A stretch of 63,021 nucleotides of DNA, the filler included. It is 7 parts of 7 records of this genome, joined end to end, with 100 filler letters (N's around TTAATTAATTAA, not from the genome) between each part and the next. Parts side by side here need not be neighbours in the genome. Positions count along the whole stretch, not along the records: positions 43,568 to 63,021 come from SRR20825019_2692; 6 more parts are not named here. One strand, given 5' to 3'. Both the position numbers and the translations under genes were made by a program. The notes beneath the pieces were generated by a model. It ran no database searches. It had not been told where the DNA came from and worked only from the letters and a program-made list of their open reading frames with translations. Positions 54,605-63,021 of the stretch are shown here, piece by piece (the stretch's first letter is position 1; every line of letters begins with the position of its first letter).

Positions 54605-55357
54605 ATGACGGAAACAAGAACGGCGCTTGTTACGGGCGCAAGCCGGGGCATTGGCGCCGCCATCGCGACGGGGCTGGCAAAGCGCGGCTATGATCTCGTT
54701 CTTAACGATATCGAGCGGCAGAAGGCCGATCTGGAGGCGGTCGCGGAAAACATTCGCGGCATGGGGCGGCGGGTCGAAATCGTATTCGCCGATGTCAGCG
54801 ATAAGGCTCAGGTGGAAGCGATGGCTCGCAAGGCGCTCGACGCCTTCGGCCAGATCGATGCTCTGGTGAACAATGCCGGCATTCTGATCGCGGGTGAGGT
54901 TGACGGCCTTCCCGAAGCCAGTTGGGATGCTGTGATGGACATCAACGCCAAGGGTTCGTTCATGGTCATTCAGTCGTTTTTGCCGTCGATGAAGAAACGC
55001 GGTTACGGCCGGATCGTGAACATCGCTTCGATCGGGGGCAAGCATGGCGCCCCGCAACAGGCGCATTATTCCGCGTCCAAGGCGGCGGTCATGGGCTTTT
55101 CCCGCGTCCTGGCGCAGGAGGTCGGGCCGCTCGGCATCACTGTCAACTGCGTTTGCCCGGGCATTATCCTGACGGATATGGGCCGCGTGAACCTTGACGA
55201 CCCAGCGGTGCGCGAGGCCTGGCAGGAGAAGACCGCCATGGCAAGGATCGGCGTTCCCGAGGATGTCGTCGGCCCCGTCGCCTTCTTCGCATCCGACGAT
55301 GCGGGCTTCGTGACCGGTCAGACTTTGAATGTCGATGGCGGTATCGTGTTTTCTTGA
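54605..55357 (+). CDS. SDR oxidoreductase (FabG/diol-dehydrogenase-like)
   Basis: TGASRGIG, NNAGI, YSASK, GQTLNVDGG. Confidence 0.92.
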   Translation: MTETRTALVTGASRGIGAAIATGLAKRGYDLVLNDIERQKADLEAVAENIRGMGRRVEIVFADVSDKAQVEAMARKALDAFGQIDALVNNAGILIAGEVDGLPEASWDAVMDINAKGSFMVIQSFLPSMKKRGYGRIVNIASIGGKHGAPQQAHYSASKAAVMGFSRVLAQEVGPLGITVNCVCPGIILTDMGRVNLDDPAVREAWQEKTAMARIGVPEDVVGPVAFFASDDAGFVTGQTLNVDGGIVFS

Positions 55358-55647
55358 GAAGGGTAACTGGCCCAACGCCGACGGCTCGGGTTTAAAGTCT
55401 TCGAACGAACAGTGCCATAAGCACGGATATCGGCGGGCGAGGTTGGAAACCGGTCTTCGCTCGTTCATTTCCGCGCGCGCTACGGATCCAGTGTTCGTGA
55501 GTCATGCGTGCGTTCATGTCAGACCGTTCCCATTACAGTGTCCTCGCCAGGGGGAGGCTTCGGCGCGGTGTCAAAAGGCGTGGAGAATTCCCCGCCTCGA
55601 AGTGACCCCACGAAATGATGATCTTAACCCCACCGCAACCAGAACAG

Positions 55648-55666
55648 GATTGAAGTAGCTTCAATC
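55648..55666. promoter_or_regulatory. Auxiliary LacI-type operator-like palindrome
   Basis: GATTGAAG-TAG-CTTCAATC. Confidence 0.55.
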
Positions 55667-55781
55667 TTCGAGGGGTGGAGTATTTTGTTCTAATAATTCC
55701 TATTAAAATTCTATCCTGAAGGGAGAAATCTCCGAACTTTGGAAGAAAATTCCTTTGCCTCTGATAGAATTTCCCACCTAG

Positions 55782-55799
55782 AATTGAAGCGCTTCAATT
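55782..55799. promoter_or_regulatory. LacI-type operator
   Basis: Perfect 18-bp palindrome AATTGAAGCGCTTCAATT with central CG, immediately upstream of the LacI-HTH gene RBS. Confidence 0.85.
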
Positions 55800-55812
55800 T
55801 GGAGTGGGAACA

Positions 55813-57000
55813 ATGAACAAGCGGCCAACGATTGCCGATGTAGCAAAAGCAGCCGGCGTATCCACCGGCACGGTCTCGAATTTCCTGAACGAGACCCGGC
55901 CGATAAAGCCGGCTACCGCGGAGCGAATCGAAAACGCTATCCGCAGCTTGACCTATCGTCCGAGCGCCTTTGCGCGGGCATTGCCGCTGCGTGCAGCCCG
56001 CCATGTCGAAAAATCGGATGACCTACCTCGGCTGCTCGTTGTTGGTCATATCTGCGTCGATTATCTCTGCCGCGTTCCCGTTCTGCCCCATCGCGACGAC
56101 CGCGTCAGCGCTGACGTCATAGAAAAAGCCATGGGCGGCCCCGGCGCAAATCTTGCGGTGGCCGCTGCCGGCCTTGGCGAACCATACGGTTTAAACGTCG
56201 ATCTTGCCACCGCGGCGGGCGACGACGCAGACAGTGAATGGGCGCTCAACTGCCTGAACCGGTGCGGCGTCGACACCATTCCCCTCAGAAAGCCCAAAGC
56301 CAACCGGCTGCCCAAGGCGATGGTAATGATCGAGGCCAATGGCAGTCGAACGATCGTTGCAGAAACGTTCGAACTCACCGAGATCGACCTGACCGGAAAG
56401 ATCGATATCGAAGCCCCCGAGCATCCCTCATGCCTCCATATTGAAGGGTTTCAATATGAGAATATGCGTTCTTCCATCGAAATGTTCCGTGAGGCCGGAT
56501 GGCGGATAAGCCTCCATGGCGCAGGCTTGCCGGCAAAGGCCAGAACGCCGGAAGCTTTCGCGAGACTGCTCGAGCGCATCGACATGACGTTCGTGAATGA
56601 TGAAACCGTCCGCGCGATCTTCAGCATCAATGCGCCGCTTGCCGCGATGATCGATGAGTTCGCACGTGTCCTGTCGCGTATCAAGCAGCGCGGCGATGTT
56701 GTGCTGACGCTTGGTCCTTTCGGCGCGGTCGTGTTTCCGCGCAAGGCCATGAGCTACATCGAAGTGCCGGCGCTCGCTGTTGAGCCGATCGACGTCACCG
56801 GCGCAGGCGATGCCTTTGCAGGAATTTTTCTCAATCTCTGGCTTCACGGCGAAACGCTCGAACAGGCGGCGCGCTACGCCACGATCGGCGCCAGCCTTTC
56901 GACAACGGCGGTCGGGGCGCAGGTCCGCATTTCGTCCACCTCTGAGATTCAGGCCTTGCTGCCGTCGCTGTCGTTAAAGCCGACCCGCGCGGTCTCATAA
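55813..57000 (+). CDS. LacI-family HTH fused to a PfkB/ribokinase domain
   Basis: PTIADVAKAAGVSTGTVS...YRPSAFARAL; MGGPGANLAVAAA, LTLGPFGA, DVTGAGDAF. Confidence 0.9.
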   Translation: MNKRPTIADVAKAAGVSTGTVSNFLNETRPIKPATAERIENAIRSLTYRPSAFARALPLRAARHVEKSDDLPRLLVVGHICVDYLCRVPVLPHRDDRVSADVIEKAMGGPGANLAVAAAGLGEPYGLNVDLATAAGDDADSEWALNCLNRCGVDTIPLRKPKANRLPKAMVMIEANGSRTIVAETFELTEIDLTGKIDIEAPEHPSCLHIEGFQYENMRSSIEMFREAGWRISLHGAGLPAKARTPEAFARLLERIDMTFVNDETVRAIFSINAPLAAMIDEFARVLSRIKQRGDVVLTLGPFGAVVFPRKAMSYIEVPALAVEPIDVTGAGDAFAGIFLNLWLHGETLEQAARYATIGASLSTTAVGAQVRISSTSEIQALLPSLSLKPTRAVS

Positions 57001-57041
57001 CTCCGCCCATTGCGCGAACACGAAAAGACAAGGGAACAGAT

Positions 57042-57818
57042 ATGCCATCGAAAAAAATACTATTGGTCGGCGAGAGCTGGGTCACGTCCGAAACCCACTA
57101 CAAGGGTTTCGATCAATTCGGCAGCGTTCACTTCCATCTGGGCGCAGAGCCGCTTGTCGCCGCGCTGAAGGCAAAGGGCATCGAAGTCGACTACATGCCC
57201 GCGCATGAAGCGGCCGAAGCATTCCCCTTCGAAAAATCCGGCCTCGAGCCTTACTCGGTCGTTATTCTCTCAGATATCGGCGCCAATACCCTGCTTCTGC
57301 CGCCATCCGTCTGGATCCACGGAAAGCCCGTTCCCAACCGCTTGAAAATGCTGCGCGAATGGGTCAGTGAAGGCGGCGGCCTGTTCATGGCCGGTGGCTA
57401 TTTCAGTTTCCAGGGCATCGACGGCAAGGCGCGTTGGCGTTCCACGCCGGTTGAAGACACGCTGCCGGTCAACTGCCTTCCCTATGATGACCGGCTCGAA
57501 GTGCCGGAAGGTTTCCGCCCGGTTCTCGCCAAGGGTCAGTCACACCCAATCTTCCATGGCCTGGAAGGCGAATGGCCAATCCTGCTCGGCGCCAACGAGG
57601 TTGTCGCCAAGGCGGACGACAGCGTCGAGGTTCTGGCAACGCTTCCCGAGGGTGACGGCGGCCATCCCCTTCTTGTAACCGGCCAATACGCCAAGGGCCG
57701 CACGGTCGTCTGGACCTCGGATATCGGCCCGCACTGGCTGCCGACGCCATTCGTCGAATGGTCCGGTTACGGTGTTCTGTTCGCCAACATTCTCCGCTGG
57801 GCGGCGCGCGAGATCTGA
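57042..57818 (+). CDS. Class I glutamine amidotransferase-like protein (DUF1355/GATase1_like)
   Basis: LLVGESW..HYKGFDQF, ILSDIGANTLL, GGGLFMAGGYFSFQG, WTSDIGPHW. Confidence 0.85.
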   Translation: MPSKKILLVGESWVTSETHYKGFDQFGSVHFHLGAEPLVAALKAKGIEVDYMPAHEAAEAFPFEKSGLEPYSVVILSDIGANTLLLPPSVWIHGKPVPNRLKMLREWVSEGGGLFMAGGYFSFQGIDGKARWRSTPVEDTLPVNCLPYDDRLEVPEGFRPVLAKGQSHPIFHGLEGEWPILLGANEVVAKADDSVEVLATLPEGDGGHPLLVTGQYAKGRTVVWTSDIGPHWLPTPFVEWSGYGVLFANILRWAAREI

Positions 57819-57846
57819 CCGGCCGGATTAGTCGAGGGATTTGATT

Positions 57847-58620
57847 ATGAAAGAACCGCTGGTCAGGGCGAAAGGCCTTTCAAAGCGATTTGGCGCATTG
57901 GCTGCTCTCGTCGACATCGATCTCGACATCTACCGGGGCGAAGTGCTCGCTCTGCTGGGAGACAATGGCGCGGGCAAATCGACGTTCATCAAGACGCTGG
58001 CCGGGGCGCATCAGCCAAGCGGCGGCGAATTGATCGTCGATGGCGATAGCGTTTCGTTCAGCTCACCCAAACAGGCGTCCGATGCGGGTATCGCAACGAT
58101 CTTCCAGGAGCTTGCGCTTTCGGAAAATCTGTCGATCGCCGAGAACGTCTTCCTTGGGCGCGAGTTGAGCCGCTCTTTCTTCGGCATCCCGGTCCTGCGC
58201 CGCTCGGAAATGCGCAAGATCGTGGATCGCCTGATCGACGAGTTGAACGCCCATATTTCCGATCCGAACGCCCCGGTGGGATCGCTTTCCGGCGGTCAGC
58301 GCCAGACCGTTGCGATCTGCCGCGCGCTGAACATGGACGCAAAGCTGGTGATCATGGATGAGCCGACGGCGGCGCTGGCGGTCGCCGAAACCCGCAAGGT
58401 TCTCGAACTGGCGCGCACACTCGCTGAACGCGGCTGCGCCGTCCTGCTGATTTCGCACAATATTGCCGATGTCTTCGCGGTCGCCGATCGCATGGCCGTC
58501 TTCCGCCGCGGTCGCAAGGTTGCTGAACGCACCCGTGACGCCACCGACCCGGAAGAAATCGTCTCCCTCATAACCGGTGCTCATCCCGACGTGCGGGCAC
58601 TGGAACAACAAAATCAATAA
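57847..58620 (+). CDS. Sugar ABC transporter ATP-binding protein (single NBD)
   Basis: GDNGAGKS, LSGGQRQ, IMDEPTAAL, ISHN. Confidence 0.94.
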   Translation: MKEPLVRAKGLSKRFGALAALVDIDLDIYRGEVLALLGDNGAGKSTFIKTLAGAHQPSGGELIVDGDSVSFSSPKQASDAGIATIFQELALSENLSIAENVFLGRELSRSFFGIPVLRRSEMRKIVDRLIDELNAHISDPNAPVGSLSGGQRQTVAICRALNMDAKLVIMDEPTAALAVAETRKVLELARTLAERGCAVLLISHNIADVFAVADRMAVFRRGRKVAERTRDATDPEEIVSLITGAHPDVRALEQQNQ

Positions 58621-58650
58621 AGCACGCTACCTTCAGAGAGGAATTTCAAG

Positions 58651-59637
58651 ATGCATGGAAAGTTCAGAAAACTCCTTGCAGCGACAGCGGTCGTCTCGGC
58701 TCTGGCAGCAAGCGCAATGGCTCAGGACAAGCCACAGGTGGCATTCGTCCCGCAGTTGATCGGCATTCCCTATTTCAACGCCATGGAGGAGGGCGGCAAT
58801 GCTGCCGGACAGGATCTGGGCGTCGAATTCATCTATGCCGGCCCGGTCGACACCAATCCGGTCGACCAGCTTCAGATCGTGCAAAACCTGATCAATCAGA
58901 GCGTCGGCGCGATCTCCGTCAGTGTTCTCGACGCCTCAAGCATCGCACCGGTTGTTGAAGAAGCCGAGAAAAAGGGCATCAAGCTGTTCACCAGCGACAG
59001 TGACGCTCCCGACAGCGGCCGGGCGGTTTATGTTGCACAGGCCACGGATGAGGGTCTTGGTTCGACGATCATCGACGAACTCGTCGCCCGCGTTGGTCCT
59101 GACGCCAAGATCGGTATCGTCTCCGGCGAGGCCACGGCATCCAATCTCAATGCATGGATCGGCTTCATGCAGAAAACGGCCGAGGAAAAATACCCGGACC
59201 TGACGCTACTCGCCCCGCAATATGCCGGCGGAACCGCTGAACGGGCCGCGCAGATTTCCGGCGACCTGATGACCGCCAACCCTGATCTGAAGGCAATCAT
59301 CGCGGTTGCCTCCTCGACATGCCCGGGCGTTGCCCAGGCAATCGAAACCGCAGGCAAGGTCGGGCAGGTGATCGGCACAGGCTATTGCAGCCCGAACACG
59401 GCGCGCTCCTACCTGAAAAGCGGCGCCTTCGGCTTCACCGTTCTCTGGGACCCGGCCAAGCTCGGATACCTTACGGTATGGGCCGGCAAGCAACTGATCG
59501 ATGGAACCCCGTTCCAGGCTGAAAACGAAGTTCCGACCTTCGACGAGCCCGTCGCCTACGATGCCGAGACCGGCATTCTTCTGCTGGGGCCGCCGGCGGT
59601 TTTCACTGCCGACAATGTCGATAATTACGACTTCTGA
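58651..59637 (+). CDS. Sugar ABC substrate-binding protein (LsrB/RhaS-like)
   Basis: Signal peptide; FVPQLIGIPYF, TSDSD, NLNAWI, LWDPAKLGY. Confidence 0.88.
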   Translation: MHGKFRKLLAATAVVSALAASAMAQDKPQVAFVPQLIGIPYFNAMEEGGNAAGQDLGVEFIYAGPVDTNPVDQLQIVQNLINQSVGAISVSVLDASSIAPVVEEAEKKGIKLFTSDSDAPDSGRAVYVAQATDEGLGSTIIDELVARVGPDAKIGIVSGEATASNLNAWIGFMQKTAEEKYPDLTLLAPQYAGGTAERAAQISGDLMTANPDLKAIIAVASSTCPGVAQAIETAGKVGQVIGTGYCSPNTARSYLKSGAFGFTVLWDPAKLGYLTVWAGKQLIDGTPFQAENEVPTFDEPVAYDAETGILLLGPPAVFTADNVDNYDF

Positions 59638-59645
59638 GGCAGATC

Positions 59646-60632
59646 ATGAATGCGATCCGACCGTGGCTCCGGCTGGGCCGACTGCTTAACGCACGCGAAT
59701 GGTCATTGTTGATCGCGGCGCTGCTGGCCATCGCCCTGTTCACTGCCGGGTCGCCCTACTTCGCGACCGCCGACAACGCGACCACGATATTGCGCAACAG
59801 TATCGAACTCCTGTTGGCGGCGCTCGGCATGACGTTGCTGCTCGCCATGGGGGGCATCGACATCTCGGTGGGCGTCGCCATGGGGGTCGCCGCCATCTTT
59901 GTGGGAAGATTGCTTCAGGCCGATGCTTCGCCCTTGATCGCGGGCCTCTCGGGGCCGATCGTCGGGGCGCTGCTCGGCATTCTCACCGGGGCGGTCGTTG
60001 TGCTCGGCCGCATTCCCGCGATCGTTGGCACTTTGGGCCTGTTCGGCGTCTACCGAACAGCCGTCTTTGTCCTGCTCGGCGGGCAGTGGCTTTCCGGCCT
60101 TCCCACAAGCCTGACTGAGGTGATGGGATTGCGGATCGCGGGTATTCCGCTTTCGGCTGTGATCCTGATCCTTACCTATGCCGTCGTCTGGTTCCTGTTT
60201 CGCCGCACGCCGTTTGGCACCCACCTTCTGGCGATCGGACATTCCGAGGAGAAAGCCCGCCTTTCGGGGGTGGCCGTCACCCGCGTTCGCATGGCTGCCT
60301 TTGTTTTCTCCGGGGCGCTCATCGGCCTGGCAGCAACCTTCTACATCGCCAACTACCGCAATGTCGCAATGACGGTCGGCGGCTCGCTGGGGCTGGATGC
60401 GGTTGCAGCCGTGGTTCTCGGCGGCACCAGCATTCTTGGCGGCAGGTGCAGTCTCGTGGGAACAGTGCTCGGCGTCCTGCTTCTGCGCATTTTGCAGAAC
60501 GGCCTGCTGTTGATCGGCGTCCCGTCGCTTTGGCAGACCGTGGTAACCGGCGGCCTGCTGATCGCTGTGCTCACTCTCGAAGTTCTTGGTAATCGATTGA
60601 ACCTCGCCAAAGCGGGGTGGATGAAAAGATGA
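59646..60632 (+). CDS. Sugar ABC transporter permease
   Basis: GGIDISVG, IPAIVGTLG, AAVVLGGTSILGG. Confidence 0.93.
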   Translation: MNAIRPWLRLGRLLNAREWSLLIAALLAIALFTAGSPYFATADNATTILRNSIELLLAALGMTLLLAMGGIDISVGVAMGVAAIFVGRLLQADASPLIAGLSGPIVGALLGILTGAVVVLGRIPAIVGTLGLFGVYRTAVFVLLGGQWLSGLPTSLTEVMGLRIAGIPLSAVILILTYAVVWFLFRRTPFGTHLLAIGHSEEKARLSGVAVTRVRMAAFVFSGALIGLAATFYIANYRNVAMTVGGSLGLDAVAAVVLGGTSILGGRCSLVGTVLGVLLLRILQNGLLLIGVPSLWQTVVTGGLLIAVLTLEVLGNRLNLAKAGWMKR

Positions 60633-61582
60633 ATCTCCGCAAACTCGAGGGACCGGCGCTGGTCCTGACCATTCTTCTGGCCCTTTGGGTCGTTGTTCTG
60701 GTTATCCTGCTATTTGCCCGCCCATCCTTTTTCAGCGCATCGACGCTGACGACGATCCTGCAGTTCTCGACGATCCTGATGCTGGTCTCGATGGGGCAGG
60801 CGATCGTGATCCTCTCGGGCGGCGCCTGTATCGATTTGTCCGTTGCCGGCAATGTATCGCTGACGGCAGTCTGTGCGATGCTTCTGGCGAAGGCGGGCAT
60901 GCCGTTCACCTTGCTGCCCGTCGTCTGCATTATCATTGGCCTTGCGCTAGGCGCTCTCAACGGCGTCATCGTTACCCGTCTGTCGCTGCCGCCGCTGATC
61001 GTGACCCTGGCAACTTTATTTGTCTATTCGGGTCTGGCGCTTGCGGTGACCGGCGGCGCGGCCCAATCCGGTGTTCCAGCCTGGCTGACAGGCTGGGGAC
61101 GCGGGGTTGTCGGAGCTTTCCCGATGCCTTTCATAACGCTGGCCCTGCCGGTGGTGATCGTCATCGCAGCGCTTCTCTCGCTGACGTCCTGGGGCCGCTG
61201 GATCTATGCCATGGGCTTCAACGACCGCTCCGCCCGTCTCGTCGGCATCCCGGTCGAGAAGACGAGGCTTGTCCTTTACATGGTGAGCGGCATGCTCGCC
61301 GGGCTTGCAGCTCTCGTTTCTCTCGCCTGGCTGGGCAGCGCGCGCCCGAACATCGGCCAGAATCTCGAACTCGATTCTCTGACCGCGGCCATGCTTGGCG
61401 GCATCGCCATCACCGGAGGACGCGGCGGCGTTCTGGGCGTGGCGGCCGCCGTCATCCTGATCGTGACGCTCAAGACCGGGCTATTGCAAATGAACGTCAA
61501 TACCGTCTGGCAGATCGGGATCGTCGGCGCGCTTCTGATCGCCGTCCTGCTTGCCGAACGCCTTTCCGAACGCTGGAGCTAA
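60629..61582 (+). CDS. Sugar ABC transporter permease
   Basis: IDLSVA, PPLIVTLAT, GRWIYAMG, LGGIAITGGRG. Confidence 0.93.
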   Translation: MNLRKLEGPALVLTILLALWVVVLVILLFARPSFFSASTLTTILQFSTILMLVSMGQAIVILSGGACIDLSVAGNVSLTAVCAMLLAKAGMPFTLLPVVCIIIGLALGALNGVIVTRLSLPPLIVTLATLFVYSGLALAVTGGAAQSGVPAWLTGWGRGVVGAFPMPFITLALPVVIVIAALLSLTSWGRWIYAMGFNDRSARLVGIPVEKTRLVLYMVSGMLAGLAALVSLAWLGSARPNIGQNLELDSLTAAMLGGIAITGGRGGVLGVAAAVILIVTLKTGLLQMNVNTVWQIGIVGALLIAVLLAERLSERWS

Positions 61583-61588
61583 TGCCAA

Positions 61589-62905
61589 ATGCCTTCCATA
61601 GAACAAATCATCGCTCAAAAAGTCGAAGACAGCGCCGACGACATCGTCAAAACGCTTAGCGATCTCGTGTCGTTTCCGTCGATCGTCAAATCCGACCCGA
61701 CTACCGCCGGACCGGGCGAACGCGATTGCCAGCACTATCTCAAGGGGCGCCTGGAAAAGCTCGGCTTCGAAGCCGACCTCTGGGATCCGGACGGACCGGC
61801 GCTTTATGAGAAATACAAGGGGCGTCCGGGTGCCAACAAGGGCCGCACCTTCGAGGGCCGCCCCAATCTAGGCGGCGTGCTGAAAGGGAGGGGCGGTGGC
61901 CGATCTATTATGCTCACCGGTCATATCGACGTCGTGCCGCCGGGCGCTGTAGAGCACTGGAAGAGCGATCCGTTTACGCCGGTCGTCGACAACGGCTTTG
62001 TCCGTGGTCGGGGCACGGTCGACATGAAAGGCGGCGTCGCCTGCATGCTGATGGCGGTCGAAATCCTGAAGACGCTCGATATTTCGCTCGCCGGCGACAT
62101 CGTCTTCACCACCGTGGTCGACGAGGAGATCGGCGGCATGGGCTCGCTGGCCATGGTTGATCGCGGTTTCAAGGCCGACGCCGGCATCATGACCGAGCCG
62201 ACGGCCAATCGGATCGCACCGCTTTGTCACGGCATTCTCTGGGGCCGGATCATCGTCGATGGCGTTGGTGGTCATGCGGAATTGACCCCGAATGCCTGGT
62301 ATTCAAGCGGCCCCGTGGATGCCGTTCAGCTCACCCGCCAGATGCTCGATGGCATCGACATTCTCAACCGCCGCTGGATGTACGATCCCCGCAAGAACCA
62401 CCCTTTGATGGACCTTCCGAACCAGATCATCGTTACCCAGGTCAATGTTGGCGAGCATCCGTCGTCAATGGCAGGTCGCGGTGAAATCGTCATCGACGCA
62501 CAATATCTGCCCCATGAAAAGGACGAGTTCGGCCTTGGCGGCACCGTCAAGCGCGAGATCGAAGAGCATGTCGCAAATATCTGCCGGGCAGACCCTTATC
62601 TGCGCCAGAATCCCGCACGGGTTGAATGGATTCTCGACGCGGACTGCGCGGAAATTCCGGCCGACAGCCCGTTTGTCAAAGTCTTCCAGGAAGCAACGGA
62701 AGCCTCAAGCCTGTCACCGGCGCTTTCTGGCTTCGGTGCGCACAGCGACATCGGCCTGCCAACCTCGCTCGGCAACACGCCGACAGTGAACTTCGGCCCC
62801 GGCGACCCGGCCCAGTCGCATCAACCCAACGAACAGGTTTCGATTCGTGATCTGATCGACTGCACCAAGGCCATCGCCATCGCCATCGCCAAGTGGTGCG
62901 CCTGA
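61589..62905 (+). CDS. M20 family ArgE/DapE-like deacylase/peptidase
   Basis: GHIDVVP, GRGTVDMKGG, DEEIG, TEPT, SHQPNE metal ligands. Confidence 0.92.
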   Translation: MPSIEQIIAQKVEDSADDIVKTLSDLVSFPSIVKSDPTTAGPGERDCQHYLKGRLEKLGFEADLWDPDGPALYEKYKGRPGANKGRTFEGRPNLGGVLKGRGGGRSIMLTGHIDVVPPGAVEHWKSDPFTPVVDNGFVRGRGTVDMKGGVACMLMAVEILKTLDISLAGDIVFTTVVDEEIGGMGSLAMVDRGFKADAGIMTEPTANRIAPLCHGILWGRIIVDGVGGHAELTPNAWYSSGPVDAVQLTRQMLDGIDILNRRWMYDPRKNHPLMDLPNQIIVTQVNVGEHPSSMAGRGEIVIDAQYLPHEKDEFGLGGTVKREIEEHVANICRADPYLRQNPARVEWILDADCAEIPADSPFVKVFQEATEASSLSPALSGFGAHSDIGLPTSLGNTPTVNFGPGDPAQSHQPNEQVSIRDLIDCTKAIAIAIAKWCA

Positions 62906-62995
62906 GACCGGCAATGCCGGACCTCTCAGCCGCACAGGCTTCCTGGCGTTGCACGAGTGGAAGTTGATCGGTTGGCACACCCAATCGATCGCTGC

Positions 62996-63021
62996 GATCG
63001 TGTCCCGTGGCGTGGTGTAGC
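62996..63021 (-). mobile_element. IS terminal inverted-repeat-like end (IS256-family-like), right contig edge
   Basis: GATCGTGTCCCGTGGCGTGGTGTAGC; inverted relative to 43571-43596. Confidence 0.6.

Noticed and set aside
43699-59637. Calling the island a canonical lsr (AI-2) operon
   Set aside because: No LsrF or LsrG; the LsrR-like regulator and LsrB-like SBP belong to different operons; similarity is only at family level
1-63021. CRISPR arrays, rRNA or tRNA genes
   Set aside because: No regularly spaced direct repeats or recognisable structural RNA genes were seen by eye

Overview
The window is not one locus. It is seven contigs joined by six 100-bp artificial linkers (N44-TTAATTAATTAA-N44). 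(1) 1-7933: alphaproteobacterial, Rhodospirillales-like housekeeping region: hisS, hemA (glutamyl-tRNA reductase), prfA, prmC, DUF4167, GNAT, MOSC, clpB. (2) 8034-14492: eukaryotic contig with a spliced gene carrying nine tandem, long-spaced GATA-like C4 zinc fingers and a divergent spliced ankyrin gene. (3) 14593-20208: eukaryotic contig with a spliced double-GFA/CENP-V gene and VPS41. (4) 20309-28076: Rhodobacteraceae-like Mn/Zn ABC transporter with tandem Mur/Fur boxes, a DUF4153-RR-HK operon and deoC. (5) 28177-35813: intronless, single-strand, kinetoplastid-like gene array (WW/coiled-coil protein, two thioesterase paralogs, membrane protein). (6) 35914-43467: Rhizobiales-like region with phoD, dcp, marR-MFS, beta-carbonic anhydrase, pdxY and lemA. 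(7) 43568-63021: a 19.4-kb catabolic island bounded by inverted IS-like ends. Contig 7 is the best candidate for an undescribed system. It has a SorC-regulated sugar/polyol operon that couples an ABC importer, two SDRs and an FGGY kinase to a ThDP E1alpha/E1beta, a lipoyl-lipoyl-PSBD-alpha/beta-hydrolase 'E2' and an AhpD-like CxxC protein, with no E3. A second operon follows, led by a LacI-PfkB fusion with paired operators, and encodes a GATase-like protein, an ABC importer and an M20 deacylase. Taxonomic labels and substrates are inferences; no database search was run.
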